Source: Saprospirales bacterium (lineage in GTDB: Bacteria; Bacteroidota; Bacteroidia; Chitinophagales; Saprospiraceae). From it: DNA of 64,000 bases. Shown piece by piece: positions 8,990 to 18,643 of this stretch (the stretch's first letter is position 1; each line of letters starts with the position of its first letter). The position numbers and the translations under genes are program-made. The notes below the pieces were generated by a model. The model was not told the origin of the DNA and did no database searches. It worked only from the letters and a program-made list of their open reading frames with translations. The stretch is taken from positions 9,084-73,083 of the forward strand of contig REEI01000089.1 in the NCBI GenBank assembly GCA_007695145.1, given 5' to 3'.

Positions 8990-10382
8990 GAGATATTGTG
9001 TTGTCTTTTGGAGGATAAACTAGAGTTCCGAATAGATCGTAATCAGAAGCCTCAGTTATTTTTACCCTAGCAAAATCTCCAATCCGCACAAATTGTTCAT
9101 TCGCATCCACCAATACTTCATTATCCACCTCAGGGGAGTCTGCTTCAGTCCGGCCAATAAACCATTGTCCCTCCTTTCGGTCAAATAGCACCTTGAGTGT
9201 TTTTCCCACTTTTTCAGTATTTTTTTCCAGAGAAATCTGCCTCTGAATCTCCATAAGCCTCCGCGCTCGATCCTCTTTAACCTCAGCGGGAACATCGTCC
9301 ACAAGTAAATGTGCGCTGGTGTCTTCCTCATGAGAATATTGAAATACACCCAACCTATCAAATCTAGCCCATTCAATAAACTCGCATAACTCTTGAAAAT
9401 CCTCCTCGGTTTCACCCGGAAAACCGACGATCATGGTGGTCCTCATAGTCAGGCCAGGGACCCTTTCCCTTGCTTTGTTGATTAAAGTTGAAATCTCAGC
9501 TCTTGTGCTTTGTCTTTGCATCGACTTTAACATTCGATCACTGGCATGTTGCAGTGGGATGTCGAGATAATTGCATATAGCAGAACTCTCCCTCATCACT
9601 TCAAAAACCTCCACAGGGAACTTATTGGGATAGGCGTAGTGCAGTCGAATCCACTCTATACCCTCTACCCTACCCAGTTCTGTCAACAATTCAGGAAGCA
9701 TTCGCTTTTTGTAAATATCCAAACCATAATAGGTGAGTTCCTGGGCAATTAGCATCAGTTCTTTCACCCCCCTTTTTGCAAGACCCTTTGCCTCCTTAAC
9801 CAATTCTTCAATCGGCTTTGAAACATGTTTTCCCCTCATCAATGGTATGGCACAAAACGAACAGGTTCTATTGCAGCCCTCTGAAATTTTTAAATAGGCA
9901 TAATGCGGAGGTGTAGTAATCACTCGCTCACCAATGAGGTCGTGCTTATAGTCCGCATTAAATCTACTGAGCAATGCAGGCAAATCCAGCGTGCCAAAAA
10001 ATCCATCCACCTCGGGGATTTCAAGTTGTAAATCATCCATGTATCGCTCGGAAAGGCACCCGGTCACATAGAGTTTCTCTATATTACCCTGCTTTTTGTA
10101 CTCAGCATATTCCAATATGGTATTGATGGATTCCTCCTTTGCTAAATCTATAAAGCCACAGGTATTAACCACCACCACACCGGCATCACTTTCCGACTCC
10201 TCATGTTCAACTTCAACGCTATTAGCTCGTAATTGAGATATCAGGTTTTCCGAGTCTACTATGTTTTTTGAACAACCCAAAGTGATTACATTCACCTTTT
10301 CGGGCTTAATTTTCTTTGTTTTCAAAATTTGGTCTATTTTCGCCTGCAAAGATATAAACTGCTGAGATAGCAATGAATGCAT
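8976..10382 (-). CDS. rimO: Ribosomal protein S12 methylthiotransferase (radical SAM MTTase)
   Basis: UPF0004 N-domain (VNVITLGCSKN). Radical-SAM motif CNRTCSFC. C-terminal TRAM domain. Size and architecture fit RimO. Confidence 0.88.
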   Translation of the reverse strand: MHSLLSQQFISLQAKIDQILKTKKIKPEKVNVITLGCSKNIVDSENLISQLRANSVEVEHEESESDAGVVVVNTCGFIDLAKEESINTILEYAEYKKQGNIEKLYVTGCLSERYMDDLQLEIPEVDGFFGTLDLPALLSRFNADYKHDLIGERVITTPPHYAYLKISEGCNRTCSFCAIPLMRGKHVSKPIEELVKEAKGLAKRGVKELMLIAQELTYYGLDIYKKRMLPELLTELGRVEGIEWIRLHYAYPNKFPVEVFEVMRESSAICNYLDIPLQHASDRMLKSMQRQSTRAEISTLINKARERVPGLTMRTTMIVGFPGETEEDFQELCEFIEWARFDRLGVFQYSHEEDTSAHLLVDDVPAEVKEDRARRLMEIQRQISLEKNTEKVGKTLKVLFDRKEGQWFIGRTEADSPEVDNEVLVDANEQFVRIGDFARVKITEASDYDLFGTLVYPPKDNTISHAGN

Positions 10383-10539
10383 TCACTGTCATAAGTTATT
10401 CACAACAACTGAACTTATGATGCCATTTTCACAAATACAGAAAAACCATAAAAAGTAGTGGCAATTGTGGAAAAATCGCCCGGATTATACGTTATAGAAA
10501 TGATTACAAAATTATTTTTCTGAAAAAACCTATATTAAC

Positions 10540-11064
10540 ATGAACTTAAACCCAATGCAAAGATTGCTTTTAACTGTCCTTATTTCATTGATTTTCAGTT
10601 CTTGCGCAACAATTTTTAGTAAAAGCAACTACCCTTTAGCCATTAACACCAATCCCCCCGGTGCAATTCTTGAGATAAAAAACAAGAGGAATTCAACTGT
10701 TTACAAAGGAACATCTCCCGCGATAGTTCATTTGCCGGCGGGACAGGGATATTTTTCCAAATCAAAATACTACATTCACATTTCCAAACCCGGCTATCAA
10801 GAGGCGATAATCCCGGTTTTCTACAGCCTGGATGGATGGTACCTGGCAAATTTATTTATTGGTGGGGCACTTGGCATGCTAATCATTGATCCCATTACAG
10901 GGGCTATGTGGAAGTTGGAAACAACATTCGTCAACCACAATCTAGCACCGACTGCTGAAATAATTACGCCTGATCAACACTCACTTAAAGTCATTGACCT
11001 GGCCGAAGTTCCCATGGACTTGAGAAAAGAAATGATCCCTCTTATTGGAATGGGTGATGAATAA
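10540..11064 (+). CDS. Hypothetical lipoprotein (PEGA-like N-part, glycine-zipper C-part)
   Basis: The lipobox-like leader ends ..LIFSSC. The segment PPGAILEI..KPGYQE resembles a PEGA domain. A hydrophobic GGALGMLIIDPITGAMW segment follows. Confidence 0.6.
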   Translation: MNLNPMQRLLLTVLISLIFSSCATIFSKSNYPLAINTNPPGAILEIKNKRNSTVYKGTSPAIVHLPAGQGYFSKSKYYIHISKPGYQEAIIPVFYSLDGWYLANLFIGGALGMLIIDPITGAMWKLETTFVNHNLAPTAEIITPDQHSLKVIDLAEVPMDLRKEMIPLIGMGDE

Positions 11065-11185
11065 TCAGTGCAAATAGTGGTGAAACCTAGAGACATGCAA
11101 GTAAAGCATATTTTTTTGTGCGTGGGTTTTGACTGAGAATATCGAATTGCCTAATAACCGTAACTTGAACCCTTTCAAAGCCAAT

Positions 11186-12460
11186 TCAAGAGTCTCGTTG
11201 TCCGCTATTTTTTCTTCGGGAAGGTTTTCGTCTTTTTCCTTCCGAGTTCGATTTCCGCTTAGGCGAGTTGCCGGAATTCCGGTTTCCACCCCTTTCATAA
11301 TCCCTCTTCCGGCTCTGTTGATATTCTGGGCCTTTCCCAATGAAGTCGGGGGGATTTTCCTTTTCAAGTTCTCTTTCGATCAGTTTTTCTATCTGTCTAA
11401 ATCTGGGCACATCCTTTTGGTTGATAAAGGTAATAGCTGTTCCGGTTTTACTGGCCCTTGCAGTTCGCCCAATTCGGTGAACATAGTCCTCCGGATCGGG
11501 CGGCACATCGAAATTGACAACCAAATCAATTCCCTCTACATCTATACCTCTTGAGAGAATATCGGTGCCTATCAAAACTCTGAGGTTTCGCGCTTTGAAT
11601 TCCTGCATAATTTTCTCCCTTTGGGATTGATCCAGGTCAGAGTGAAAATCCTTTACTTTTACTTTGTTCTTTTGCAAGGATCTTGTGAGGTTTTTCACCT
11701 TTTCTTTAGTAGATGCAAAGACAATAACCGTTTGATAATCAACATTTTTCAACACTTCAATCAGAAGGGGTTCTTTTTGGTTATCAAAGGTCATGTAAGC
11801 TTTTTGCAAAATACCCTCTGCAGGCTTTGAAATGGAAATACTTACCTCCTCATAATCTTTCATTATGCTGCCAGCCAATTTTCGGATATTTGATGGCATC
11901 GTAGCAGAAAACAAAAGAGTTTGGCGGTTTCTTGGTAAGTGACTGATGATTTTCATTATGTCATCGAAAAAACCCATATCCAGCATCCTGTCAGCCTCAT
12001 CGAGTATCAAATGCTTTACTCCTGAGAGATTTATCTCTTTAGAGCCGAGCAGAGAAATGAGGCGGCCGGGTGTGGCGATAATAATATCTGCTCCCCTTTT
12101 AAGGGCTCTTTTCTGTTGCATGTAATCCTGACCATCCCCACCCCCATAGATAGCTATAGAACTCGAATTGGTAAAATAACTAAAACCCTCTATTTGCTGA
12201 TCAATCTGCATCGCAAGCTCACGGGTGGGAGCGAGAATCATCGTATTCACACCCGCTCCCGGATTTTTTACAATGTTATTGAGGACGGGTAAAATAAAGG
12301 CAGCAGTCTTACCGGTACCAGTCTGGGCACAGGCAATGAGGTCGGAACCACTTAAAATGATGGGAATAGCCTTCTCTTGAATGGGTGTAGGCTGTTCAAA
12401 TCCCATTGCATTCAATCCCTCTTCTAAAAGAGGATCCAGTTTAAAATCTCTAAATGTCAA
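11186..12460 (-). CDS. rhlE: DEAD-box ATP-dependent RNA helicase with basic C-terminal tail
   Basis: Q-motif region, AQTGTGKT, DEAD, SAT and HRIGRTAR are all present. There is an R/K/S-rich tail. The start is TTG at 12460, with no in-frame ATG upstream of the Q motif. Confidence 0.9.
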   Translation of the reverse strand: MTFRDFKLDPLLEEGLNAMGFEQPTPIQEKAIPIILSGSDLIACAQTGTGKTAAFILPVLNNIVKNPGAGVNTMILAPTRELAMQIDQQIEGFSYFTNSSSIAIYGGGDGQDYMQQKRALKRGADIIIATPGRLISLLGSKEINLSGVKHLILDEADRMLDMGFFDDIMKIISHLPRNRQTLLFSATMPSNIRKLAGSIMKDYEEVSISISKPAEGILQKAYMTFDNQKEPLLIEVLKNVDYQTVIVFASTKEKVKNLTRSLQKNKVKVKDFHSDLDQSQREKIMQEFKARNLRVLIGTDILSRGIDVEGIDLVVNFDVPPDPEDYVHRIGRTARASKTGTAITFINQKDVPRFRQIEKLIERELEKENPPDFIGKGPEYQQSRKRDYERGGNRNSGNSPKRKSNSEGKRRKPSRRKNSGQRDS

Positions 12461-12706
12461 GTGTAAAATATTTGGTTAGTACAATCATTCCCGGGAGCAA
12501 TTTCTCCCAATCAATAACCTCAATCAACTTTTGAAAGGCTATGAAACCGACAAAGGTAAACAATTCTTCCCATAATAACAAGTATTAATGTATTTTCTTT
12601 TGATCTCCAGACAAACTGAACAATTTAATCTAAATGTCGTTTAAATAGAGGTATTATTTCCACAAATCAACCAATTGTTTTAGTTTTATTACCTTTACTG
12701 TATATT

Positions 12707-13531
12707 ATGCATGCCAAAAAGCGGATTTTGATCAAATATGGCGGAAATGCCATGACGGAAACCTCGCTTCAACAAGCAATCTTTCAAAGTATTAGCCAGC
12801 TGGTCAACCACCATTTCGAAATCATCTTAGTTCACGGTGGTGGTCCCTTTATTCAGCAAACCTTAAATGAAGCTGGAATATCTTCTGAGTTTATCGGAGG
12901 CCATCGTGTTACGACCAAAGAATCCCTTAAGTACGTTGAAATGGCATTAAAGGGTCTTGTCAATGGTGATTTAGTTCGCATAGCATCTACATTGGGTTTA
13001 AAACCAGTTGGTCTGAGTGGAAAAGACGGCAAAACAGTAATTGCTAAAAAGAGGTGGCATGTAGAAATGCGGGATGGCAAAGAAATAAAAACAGATCTTG
13101 GAATGGTCGGAGATGTTGACAAGATTGATCCAAAGTTGCCGGAGTTGTTACTTGAAGAAGGTTACCTTCCTGTTTTTACCTGCATAGCTTCTGATACTCA
13201 AGGAAGCGACTACAACATAAATGCCGATATGTTTGCAGGTCACCTTGCCGGAGCATTGAAGGCAGATGAGTACATTGTGCTCACTGATGTAGATGGCCTA
13301 TTAAAGGAGGTAACTAACAAGGATAGTATTATTCAACACATTCAATTAAAAGACCTGGGCAGTTTTTTTCACAAAATCATAAAAGGCGGCATGATTCCAA
13401 AGGTTGAGTCTTGCAAAATAGCAGTACAAAATGGGGCAATAAGGGCCAGAATTTTAAATGGTACCAAACCCAGGCAACTTTGTGACTCCCTGATCAAAGA
13501 ACTACCTATCGGAACTACAATCACAAGATAA
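12707..13531 (+). CDS. argB: Acetylglutamate kinase
   Basis: ILIKYGGNAM and VHGGGP amino-acid-kinase motifs. It is the first gene of a tight arg operon. Confidence 0.92.
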   Translation: MHAKKRILIKYGGNAMTETSLQQAIFQSISQLVNHHFEIILVHGGGPFIQQTLNEAGISSEFIGGHRVTTKESLKYVEMALKGLVNGDLVRIASTLGLKPVGLSGKDGKTVIAKKRWHVEMRDGKEIKTDLGMVGDVDKIDPKLPELLLEEGYLPVFTCIASDTQGSDYNINADMFAGHLAGALKADEYIVLTDVDGLLKEVTNKDSIIQHIQLKDLGSFFHKIIKGGMIPKVESCKIAVQNGAIRARILNGTKPRQLCDSLIKELPIGTTITR

Positions 13532-13533
13532 TT

Positions 13534-14745
13534 ATGAAGCAATCAAGTAATAAGTATTGGTTCGATAAGGACCTTGACAACTATTTACCAACCTTTAAAA
13601 GATTTCCCATTGCTCTTGAAAGAGGCCAAGGAGCACGTCTATGGGATGTGGAGGGCAACCAATACCTGGATATGTTGGCAGGAATAGCGGTAAATAATTT
13701 AGGGCACTGCCACCCTGCGGTCTCAGAGGCCATCTGCAAACAAGCGAAAAGATTGATGCACATTTCTAATTTTTTCGTTAGCAAACCCCAAGCTGAGCTC
13801 TCTGAACTCCTTTTGAAGGAATCCGGCATGGACCGGATTTTTTTTACAAATAGTGGCGCTGAGTCTGTTGAGGGAGCCATAAAGGTAGCGAGAAAGTATT
13901 CTCATCATAATAACCGTACAGGAGAAATTGTCTTTATGCACAATGCTTTTCACGGAAGGACCCTGGCTACCATAGCAGCGGGTAAAAAAGATTATCAGCG
14001 GGGCTTTGGACCCATACCTCAGGGATTCAATGCTATTCCATTCAATGATCTGGAAGCGGCATCCAGGCAGATCAGCCATAAAACAGCTGCTGTTATTGTA
14101 GAACCTGTGCAGGGTGAAGGAGGTATTATTCCAGCAGATCTCGAATACTTGTTGGCTTTAAGGGAAATTTGCTCCAGACAAGGCGCCCTATTAATTTTTG
14201 ACGAAATACAATGCGGCATTGGGCGCACCGGAAAATTGTTTGCAAAAGACCACTATGGTGTAGAACCTGACATTGTGACCCTTGCAAAAGGTCTCGGAGG
14301 AGGCATGCCTATTGGAGCAATCCTTTGCAATGAAAAAGTAGCATCTGCAATAGAACCTGGTGACCATGGTACGACCTTTGGTGGAAATCCTTTAGCATGC
14401 GCTGCATCCTTAGCAACTCTGCATTTCATTTTGGACCATCAATTATTACCTCATGTAGAAACACTTTCAAAGTGGTTTTTTAAAGAACTCAATAGAAGGA
14501 AAGCTATCTATCCGGTAATCAACCAAATTAGGGGCAAGGGCCTAATGATAGGTATCGTTTTGAATGAAGAGGCGAAGCCGTGGGTCATGAAAATGATGGA
14601 CCGGGGCGTCATTGCAAATGCAACAGCTGGAAATGTGATTCGACTGGTACCGCCACTGACCATCACAAGGGATGAATTAGCCGAGTTTCTATCCGTGTTT
14701 GATCAATTACTTTCTGACAAAATTAATTTGAATGAAGAAAATTAA
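13534..14745 (+). CDS. argD: Acetylornithine aminotransferase (class III PLP aminotransferase)
   Basis: SGAES..A.K.AR, DEIQCGIGRTG and TLAKGLGGG (PLP lysine) motifs. It starts 2 nt after argB. Confidence 0.9.
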   Translation: MKQSSNKYWFDKDLDNYLPTFKRFPIALERGQGARLWDVEGNQYLDMLAGIAVNNLGHCHPAVSEAICKQAKRLMHISNFFVSKPQAELSELLLKESGMDRIFFTNSGAESVEGAIKVARKYSHHNNRTGEIVFMHNAFHGRTLATIAAGKKDYQRGFGPIPQGFNAIPFNDLEAASRQISHKTAAVIVEPVQGEGGIIPADLEYLLALREICSRQGALLIFDEIQCGIGRTGKLFAKDHYGVEPDIVTLAKGLGGGMPIGAILCNEKVASAIEPGDHGTTFGGNPLACAASLATLHFILDHQLLPHVETLSKWFFKELNRRKAIYPVINQIRGKGLMIGIVLNEEAKPWVMKMMDRGVIANATAGNVIRLVPPLTITRDELAEFLSVFDQLLSDKINLNEEN

Positions 14746-15775
14746 AACTGCAATAGTTGGAGCAACGGGATTTACAGGTTCTGAGCTGGCCAGGATATTG
14801 ATAAATCATCCGGTATTTGAGCCGGCCTTCATTACCTCTGAATCTCATAGCGGCAAAAAGTTCTCAGATGTGCATCCTCAATTTTTTGGCCTGTTGGATC
14901 TTCATTTAGTCGAGGCCGCTGAGTTGAAAAATTCAGGGGCTGAACTTCTTTTTTTAGCACTTCCTCACGGAATTTCAATGGATTATGTCAAAAGCCTAAG
15001 TAATACATCGGCAAAAATAGTTGACCTATCCGGTGATTACCGGCTGAGTTCTCCGGAAGTATACAATCACTGGTATACCCGGAAGCACATTCATCCGGAG
15101 GGATTTAAAGAGGCAGCCTACGGATTGCCGGAGCTTTTCTCTGAACAAATCAAGGAATCAAAATTAGTCGCAAATCCCGGGTGCTATCCCACTTCGGCCA
15201 TTCTGGGACTCTATCCTCTCGTTCGCGAGGGTTTAGTGGATTTGAGTAATATAATTGTAGATGCAAAATCCGGTACGACCGGAGCAGGTGTAAAATCAAA
15301 CCCTGGAACGCACTATTGTCAGGTCAATGAAAATTTCAATGCTTATGGGATAGCCGGTCACCGCCACACCATAGAAATTGAGGAAAAGCTGTCCATGTAC
15401 GCTGGACAAACTATAAAACTTCAATTCACACCTCATCTTTTGCCGGTTGATCGCGGGATACTCAGTACTATTTACGCACCTATTAAAGATGGAGTTCAAA
15501 GCACTGCCCGGCAAGTCAAAGAGGTATTCCGCGCCCACTACAAATCATGTCCCTTCATAAGGATGAGAGAAACAGCTCCCGGAATAAAAGAAGTCAGGGG
15601 AACCAACTTTTGTGATATTTTCCCTACCTATGACCCTCGAACCGGAAATTTCATTGTCATCAGTGCAATAGATAACCTTATGAAAGGTGCCGCCGGACAG
15701 GCTGTGCACAATGCTAATTTAATGTACGGGCTCAAAGAAACAACTGGTTTAATTAATGTAGCGCTAAAACCATAG
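14732..15775 (+). CDS. argC: N-acetyl-gamma-glutamyl-phosphate reductase
   Basis: N-terminal VGATGFTGSEL Rossmann motif. Active-site motif NPGCYPT. It overlaps argD by 14 nt. Confidence 0.92.
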   Translation: MKKIKTAIVGATGFTGSELARILINHPVFEPAFITSESHSGKKFSDVHPQFFGLLDLHLVEAAELKNSGAELLFLALPHGISMDYVKSLSNTSAKIVDLSGDYRLSSPEVYNHWYTRKHIHPEGFKEAAYGLPELFSEQIKESKLVANPGCYPTSAILGLYPLVREGLVDLSNIIVDAKSGTTGAGVKSNPGTHYCQVNENFNAYGIAGHRHTIEIEEKLSMYAGQTIKLQFTPHLLPVDRGILSTIYAPIKDGVQSTARQVKEVFRAHYKSCPFIRMRETAPGIKEVRGTNFCDIFPTYDPRTGNFIVISAIDNLMKGAAGQAVHNANLMYGLKETTGLINVALKP

Positions 15776-15780
15776 GCTTT

Positions 15781-16995
15781 ATGATGAATAAAAATATTAC
15801 GGATGTCAAGGGGTTCACCTGCTGGGGAGCCCATAGTGGAGTCAAATCCATGCGACGCGATTTGGCGATTATTTTCTCGGAAAGACCTTGTGTTGCATCT
15901 GCAACATACACTACTAATAAAGTTGTAGCAGAACCCCTAAAACTCACCAGAAAGCACCTTAAAGACAAAAAGGCACAGGTTTTAATTTGCAATGCCGGCA
16001 ATGCCAATGCCTGCACCGGAATACAAGGGCGAAAGGGAGCTGAAGCAATGGCGAAAACTGCTGCGAAATTGCTCGGATTAAAAAATGAGGACGTGATCGT
16101 TGCAAGCACTGGCTTAATTGGAGAACCCTTTCCCACAGAAGACATAGTTGGCGGAATAAAGGAAAACATCCCAAAATTGACCAACAGAAGAGAGGCCGGT
16201 TCTTTTGCTGCTAATGCAATACTTACAACCGATACTTTTGCTAAAGAGGGGTTTTCAGAAATGATGCTGGACGGAATAAATGTCACCATGGCGGGAATTG
16301 CAAAAGGGTCCGGCATGATACATCCCAACATGGCCACCATGCTGGCATTTATCGTTTCAGATGTAAACATTGATCCCGACATCCTGGATGAAACTGTGAA
16401 AGAGTGTGTCGATGACACTTTCAATATGATAACTGTTGATGGCGACACATCCACCAATGATATGGTTGCTGTTATGTGCAACGGAATGGCGGACAACCCG
16501 GTAATCAACTCTAAAGAACAAGCCTCATATCTCATTTTCAGAAGTAAACTGAGGGAATTGATGCTTCACCTTGCAAAGCTGATCGTTTCCGATGGAGAGG
16601 GCTCATCCAAGTTTATCGAATACACTGTTAAGAACGCAAGAGATAGAAATACTGCAAAAAAATTGGTTAGAGCTATCTCCTCGTCCGTTCTGGTAAAGAC
16701 CGCGATGTTTGGCAGGGACCCTAACTGGGGAAGAATTGTTTGTGCGAGTGGCAATGCGGGTGTTCACTTCAATTACAAAAAAGCTGATCTCTTTATGGGG
16801 GACACAGAGCACCTGGTAAAGGTACTGGATAAAGGCAAGCCGGTGGAATACGATCGCAACTTTGTAAAGAAACTCCTCCGCGAGGCACACATTCGGGTAA
16901 TTATGGATGTAAATTCGGGAAATGCCCAAATGACAGGGTATGGCAGTGATCTGACCACGGATTATGTTCTATTCAACTCAGTTTACACCACTTGA
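15781..16995 (+). CDS. argJ: Bifunctional ornithine acetyltransferase / N-acetylglutamate synthase
   Basis: The HPNMATMLAF autoproteolytic site (A|T) and the C-terminal ..DYV..NS.YTT are typical of ArgJ. Confidence 0.92.
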   Translation: MMNKNITDVKGFTCWGAHSGVKSMRRDLAIIFSERPCVASATYTTNKVVAEPLKLTRKHLKDKKAQVLICNAGNANACTGIQGRKGAEAMAKTAAKLLGLKNEDVIVASTGLIGEPFPTEDIVGGIKENIPKLTNRREAGSFAANAILTTDTFAKEGFSEMMLDGINVTMAGIAKGSGMIHPNMATMLAFIVSDVNIDPDILDETVKECVDDTFNMITVDGDTSTNDMVAVMCNGMADNPVINSKEQASYLIFRSKLRELMLHLAKLIVSDGEGSSKFIEYTVKNARDRNTAKKLVRAISSSVLVKTAMFGRDPNWGRIVCASGNAGVHFNYKKADLFMGDTEHLVKVLDKGKPVEYDRNFVKKLLREAHIRVIMDVNSGNAQMTGYGSDLTTDYVLFNSVYTT

Positions 16996-17007
16996 AAAAG
17001 CTTTTAA

Positions 17008-17850
17008 AGGAGTGATTTTGATCTGGCTTCACCTTCGCTTTTCAATGGCAACATTAGACACATTTCCCTCCACAATAAAGCCCTGAATGATGAACCAATC
17101 GGTTACAGCTACCGTTATGATCAGTTGAATCGACTTACGAAAATGGAGACCTTCGAAAATCCGGATATCGATCCTCAGGAATGGACCTGGTCACCGGGGG
17201 CTTTTACACATCGCTATGGGCAGGAATTCAGTTATGATCCAAACGGTAATATCCTGAGTCAAACCCGATTGGACCACTCAGGCAGCCCCTCCAGTCTCAT
17301 AGACCAGCTCCAGTACCACTACTATCCCGGGACCAACCAGCTGGAGTACGTCACCAACTCCCAGTCAGGAGGTGCCAACAATCAGGTGCCCGATCAGGAC
17401 CCCGAAAACTATTTATACGATGGGTCAGGAAATATGATACAAGATTGCTCCGAGTCCCTTAGCTCAATAAATTGGAATCACTTTGGGAAGGTTAAAATGG
17501 TCAGAAAAAACCTGGGCCACACCAACAGCGTTATCAATTTTGGATACAATCCCAACCAACAAAGGGTGAAAAAGCAGATTATTAGTGAGGTTCTTGTTGA
17601 TCCGCAGCAAAGTCTTCCCGAAAGCTTTAGTTGCATTTCCCAAGATCCGGTAGAACCAAGTAGCATCGACACCCTCAAAACCCTCTGGTACATCCGCGAC
17701 GCCACCGGCAACGTCCTCGCGGTGTAAGAGCAGAGAGGCGACACTCTCATCTGGGCAGAACAACATCTCTACGGCTCCTCCCGCCTCGGCTTTGAAAATC
17801 ACCCCTGTGGTTTAGAAGCCGGAAGACAGTCCCGAGCCGGACAATTGTAA
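17008..17850 (+). pseudogene. RHS/YD-repeat protein remnant: 5'-truncated, with an internal in-frame TAA and no toxin tip
   Basis: The frame opens 13 nt after the argJ stop with no start codon. YD-type repeats are present (FNGNIRH, YRYDQLNRLT, YDPNGNIL, YLYDGSGNMI, RDATGNVLAV). A TAA lies at 17725-17727, and the same frame continues EQRGDTLIWAEQHLYGSSRLG.. to 17850. The segment is visibly more GC-rich than its flanks. Confidence 0.8.
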
Positions 17851-17932
17851 GTTTCAACACAAAAGTGTAATGGTATTCCAAAGAAATTACTCACCTCTTT
17901 TATGAAATTCTAAGATTCTTTATCTTTACCCC

Positions 17933-18022
17933 ATGAACAAAAAGCCACGCAATATCAACCCCTTTACCGATTTCGGCTTTAAGAAGTTGTTCGGTAAAGA
18001 AGCCAGGGAATCCCGAAGATGA
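17933..18022 (+). pseudogene. N-terminal stub of an Rpn-family (TIGR01784, PD-(D/E)XK) recombination-promoting nuclease/putative transposase
   Basis: It reads MNKKPRNINPFTDFGFKKLFGKEA, the conserved N-terminus of this family. It then diverges into the left end of the Y1-transposase cassette and stops after 29 codons. Confidence 0.65.
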
Positions 18023-18643
18023 ACGAACGATCCTGCTGAAAGCAGGTGAAGGTCCGGGGGACCTTCAAGTGAGCGAACCGCGAAGCGGGCGGGATGGCTA
18101 GTGGTTATGTTATGGCAGGAACATTTTCACAAATCTACATTCAATATATTTTTGCAGTAAAAGGTAGGCAAAGTCTATTACAAAAACCCTGGCGAACCGA
18201 GGTATTTAAATACATGGTTGGCATCATAAAGGGGAAAAACCAAAAGCCTATTATAGCCAATGGAGTAGCCGATCATGTGCATGTTTTTGTTGGCTTGCGA
18301 CCTTCCATGCGTATTTCTGATTTAGTCCGAGATATAAAAAACAGTTCATCTAAATTTATCAATCAACAAAATTTCATCAAGGGGAAATTCGAATGGCAGG
18401 AAGGCTATGGAGCCTTTTCTTATGGGCATTCTCAAATTGATAACGTTTACAGATACATCGAACAACAAGAAATTCATCACAAAAAGAAAACTTTTAAAGA
18501 GGAATATCTTGATTTCCTTCAAAAATTTGAGGTTGATTACGATGAAAAATTTCTAATTGAATGGCTTGAATAGAATGCCACCCTTTCAGGGTTTTAAAAT
18601 AGCGTTTATTTTTAAACTATAATCATTTCATCCTTTCGGGATT
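18009..18643 (+). mobile_element. Compact Y1-transposase cassette (IS200-like/RAYT-like) bounded by an imperfect inverted repeat and hairpin modules
   Basis: Left AATCCCGAAGATGAA (18009-18023) matches the reverse complement of 18627-18643 (AATCCCGAAAGGATGAA), 15 of 17 with a 2-nt indel. Stem-loops lie inside both ends. The cassette holds a single tnpA-like ORF and no tnpB. Confidence 0.55.
18112..18573 (+). CDS. tnpA: IS200/IS605-family Y1 (HUH) transposase / REP-associated tyrosine transposase-like protein
   Basis: HUH motif HVHVFV. The catalytic Tyr context is NVYRYIEQQEIHH. Length is about 153 aa. The ATG at 18112 is preferred over 18094. Confidence 0.85.
   Translation: MAGTFSQIYIQYIFAVKGRQSLLQKPWRTEVFKYMVGIIKGKNQKPIIANGVADHVHVFVGLRPSMRISDLVRDIKNSSSKFINQQNFIKGKFEWQEGYGAFSYGHSQIDNVYRYIEQQEIHHKKKTFKEEYLDFLQKFEVDYDEKFLIEWLE

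Noticed and set aside
12581-12712. Near-palindromes (AGTATTAATGTATT at about 12581; TGTATATTATGCA overlapping the argB ATG) as possible ArgR boxes
   Set aside because: They are only 5-of-6 half-site symmetry in AT-rich sequence. I cannot recall the lineage-specific ArgR consensus well enough to support the call.
15753-16535. 260-aa ORF antisense to argJ
   Set aside because: It lies entirely inside a confidently identified gene on the opposite strand. Its S/A/L/I-rich low-complexity translation has no motifs, which is typical of a shadow ORF.
18030-18090. Whether the GC-rich hairpin cluster could be a known structured RNA (SRP, RNase P or tmRNA fragment)
   Set aside because: The conserved cores of those RNAs, as I remember them, are not present (for example the SRP domain IV motif, the RNase P GGAAAGTCCGG or a tmRNA tag/acceptor end). 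The inverted match to the other flank of tnpA explains the cluster better.
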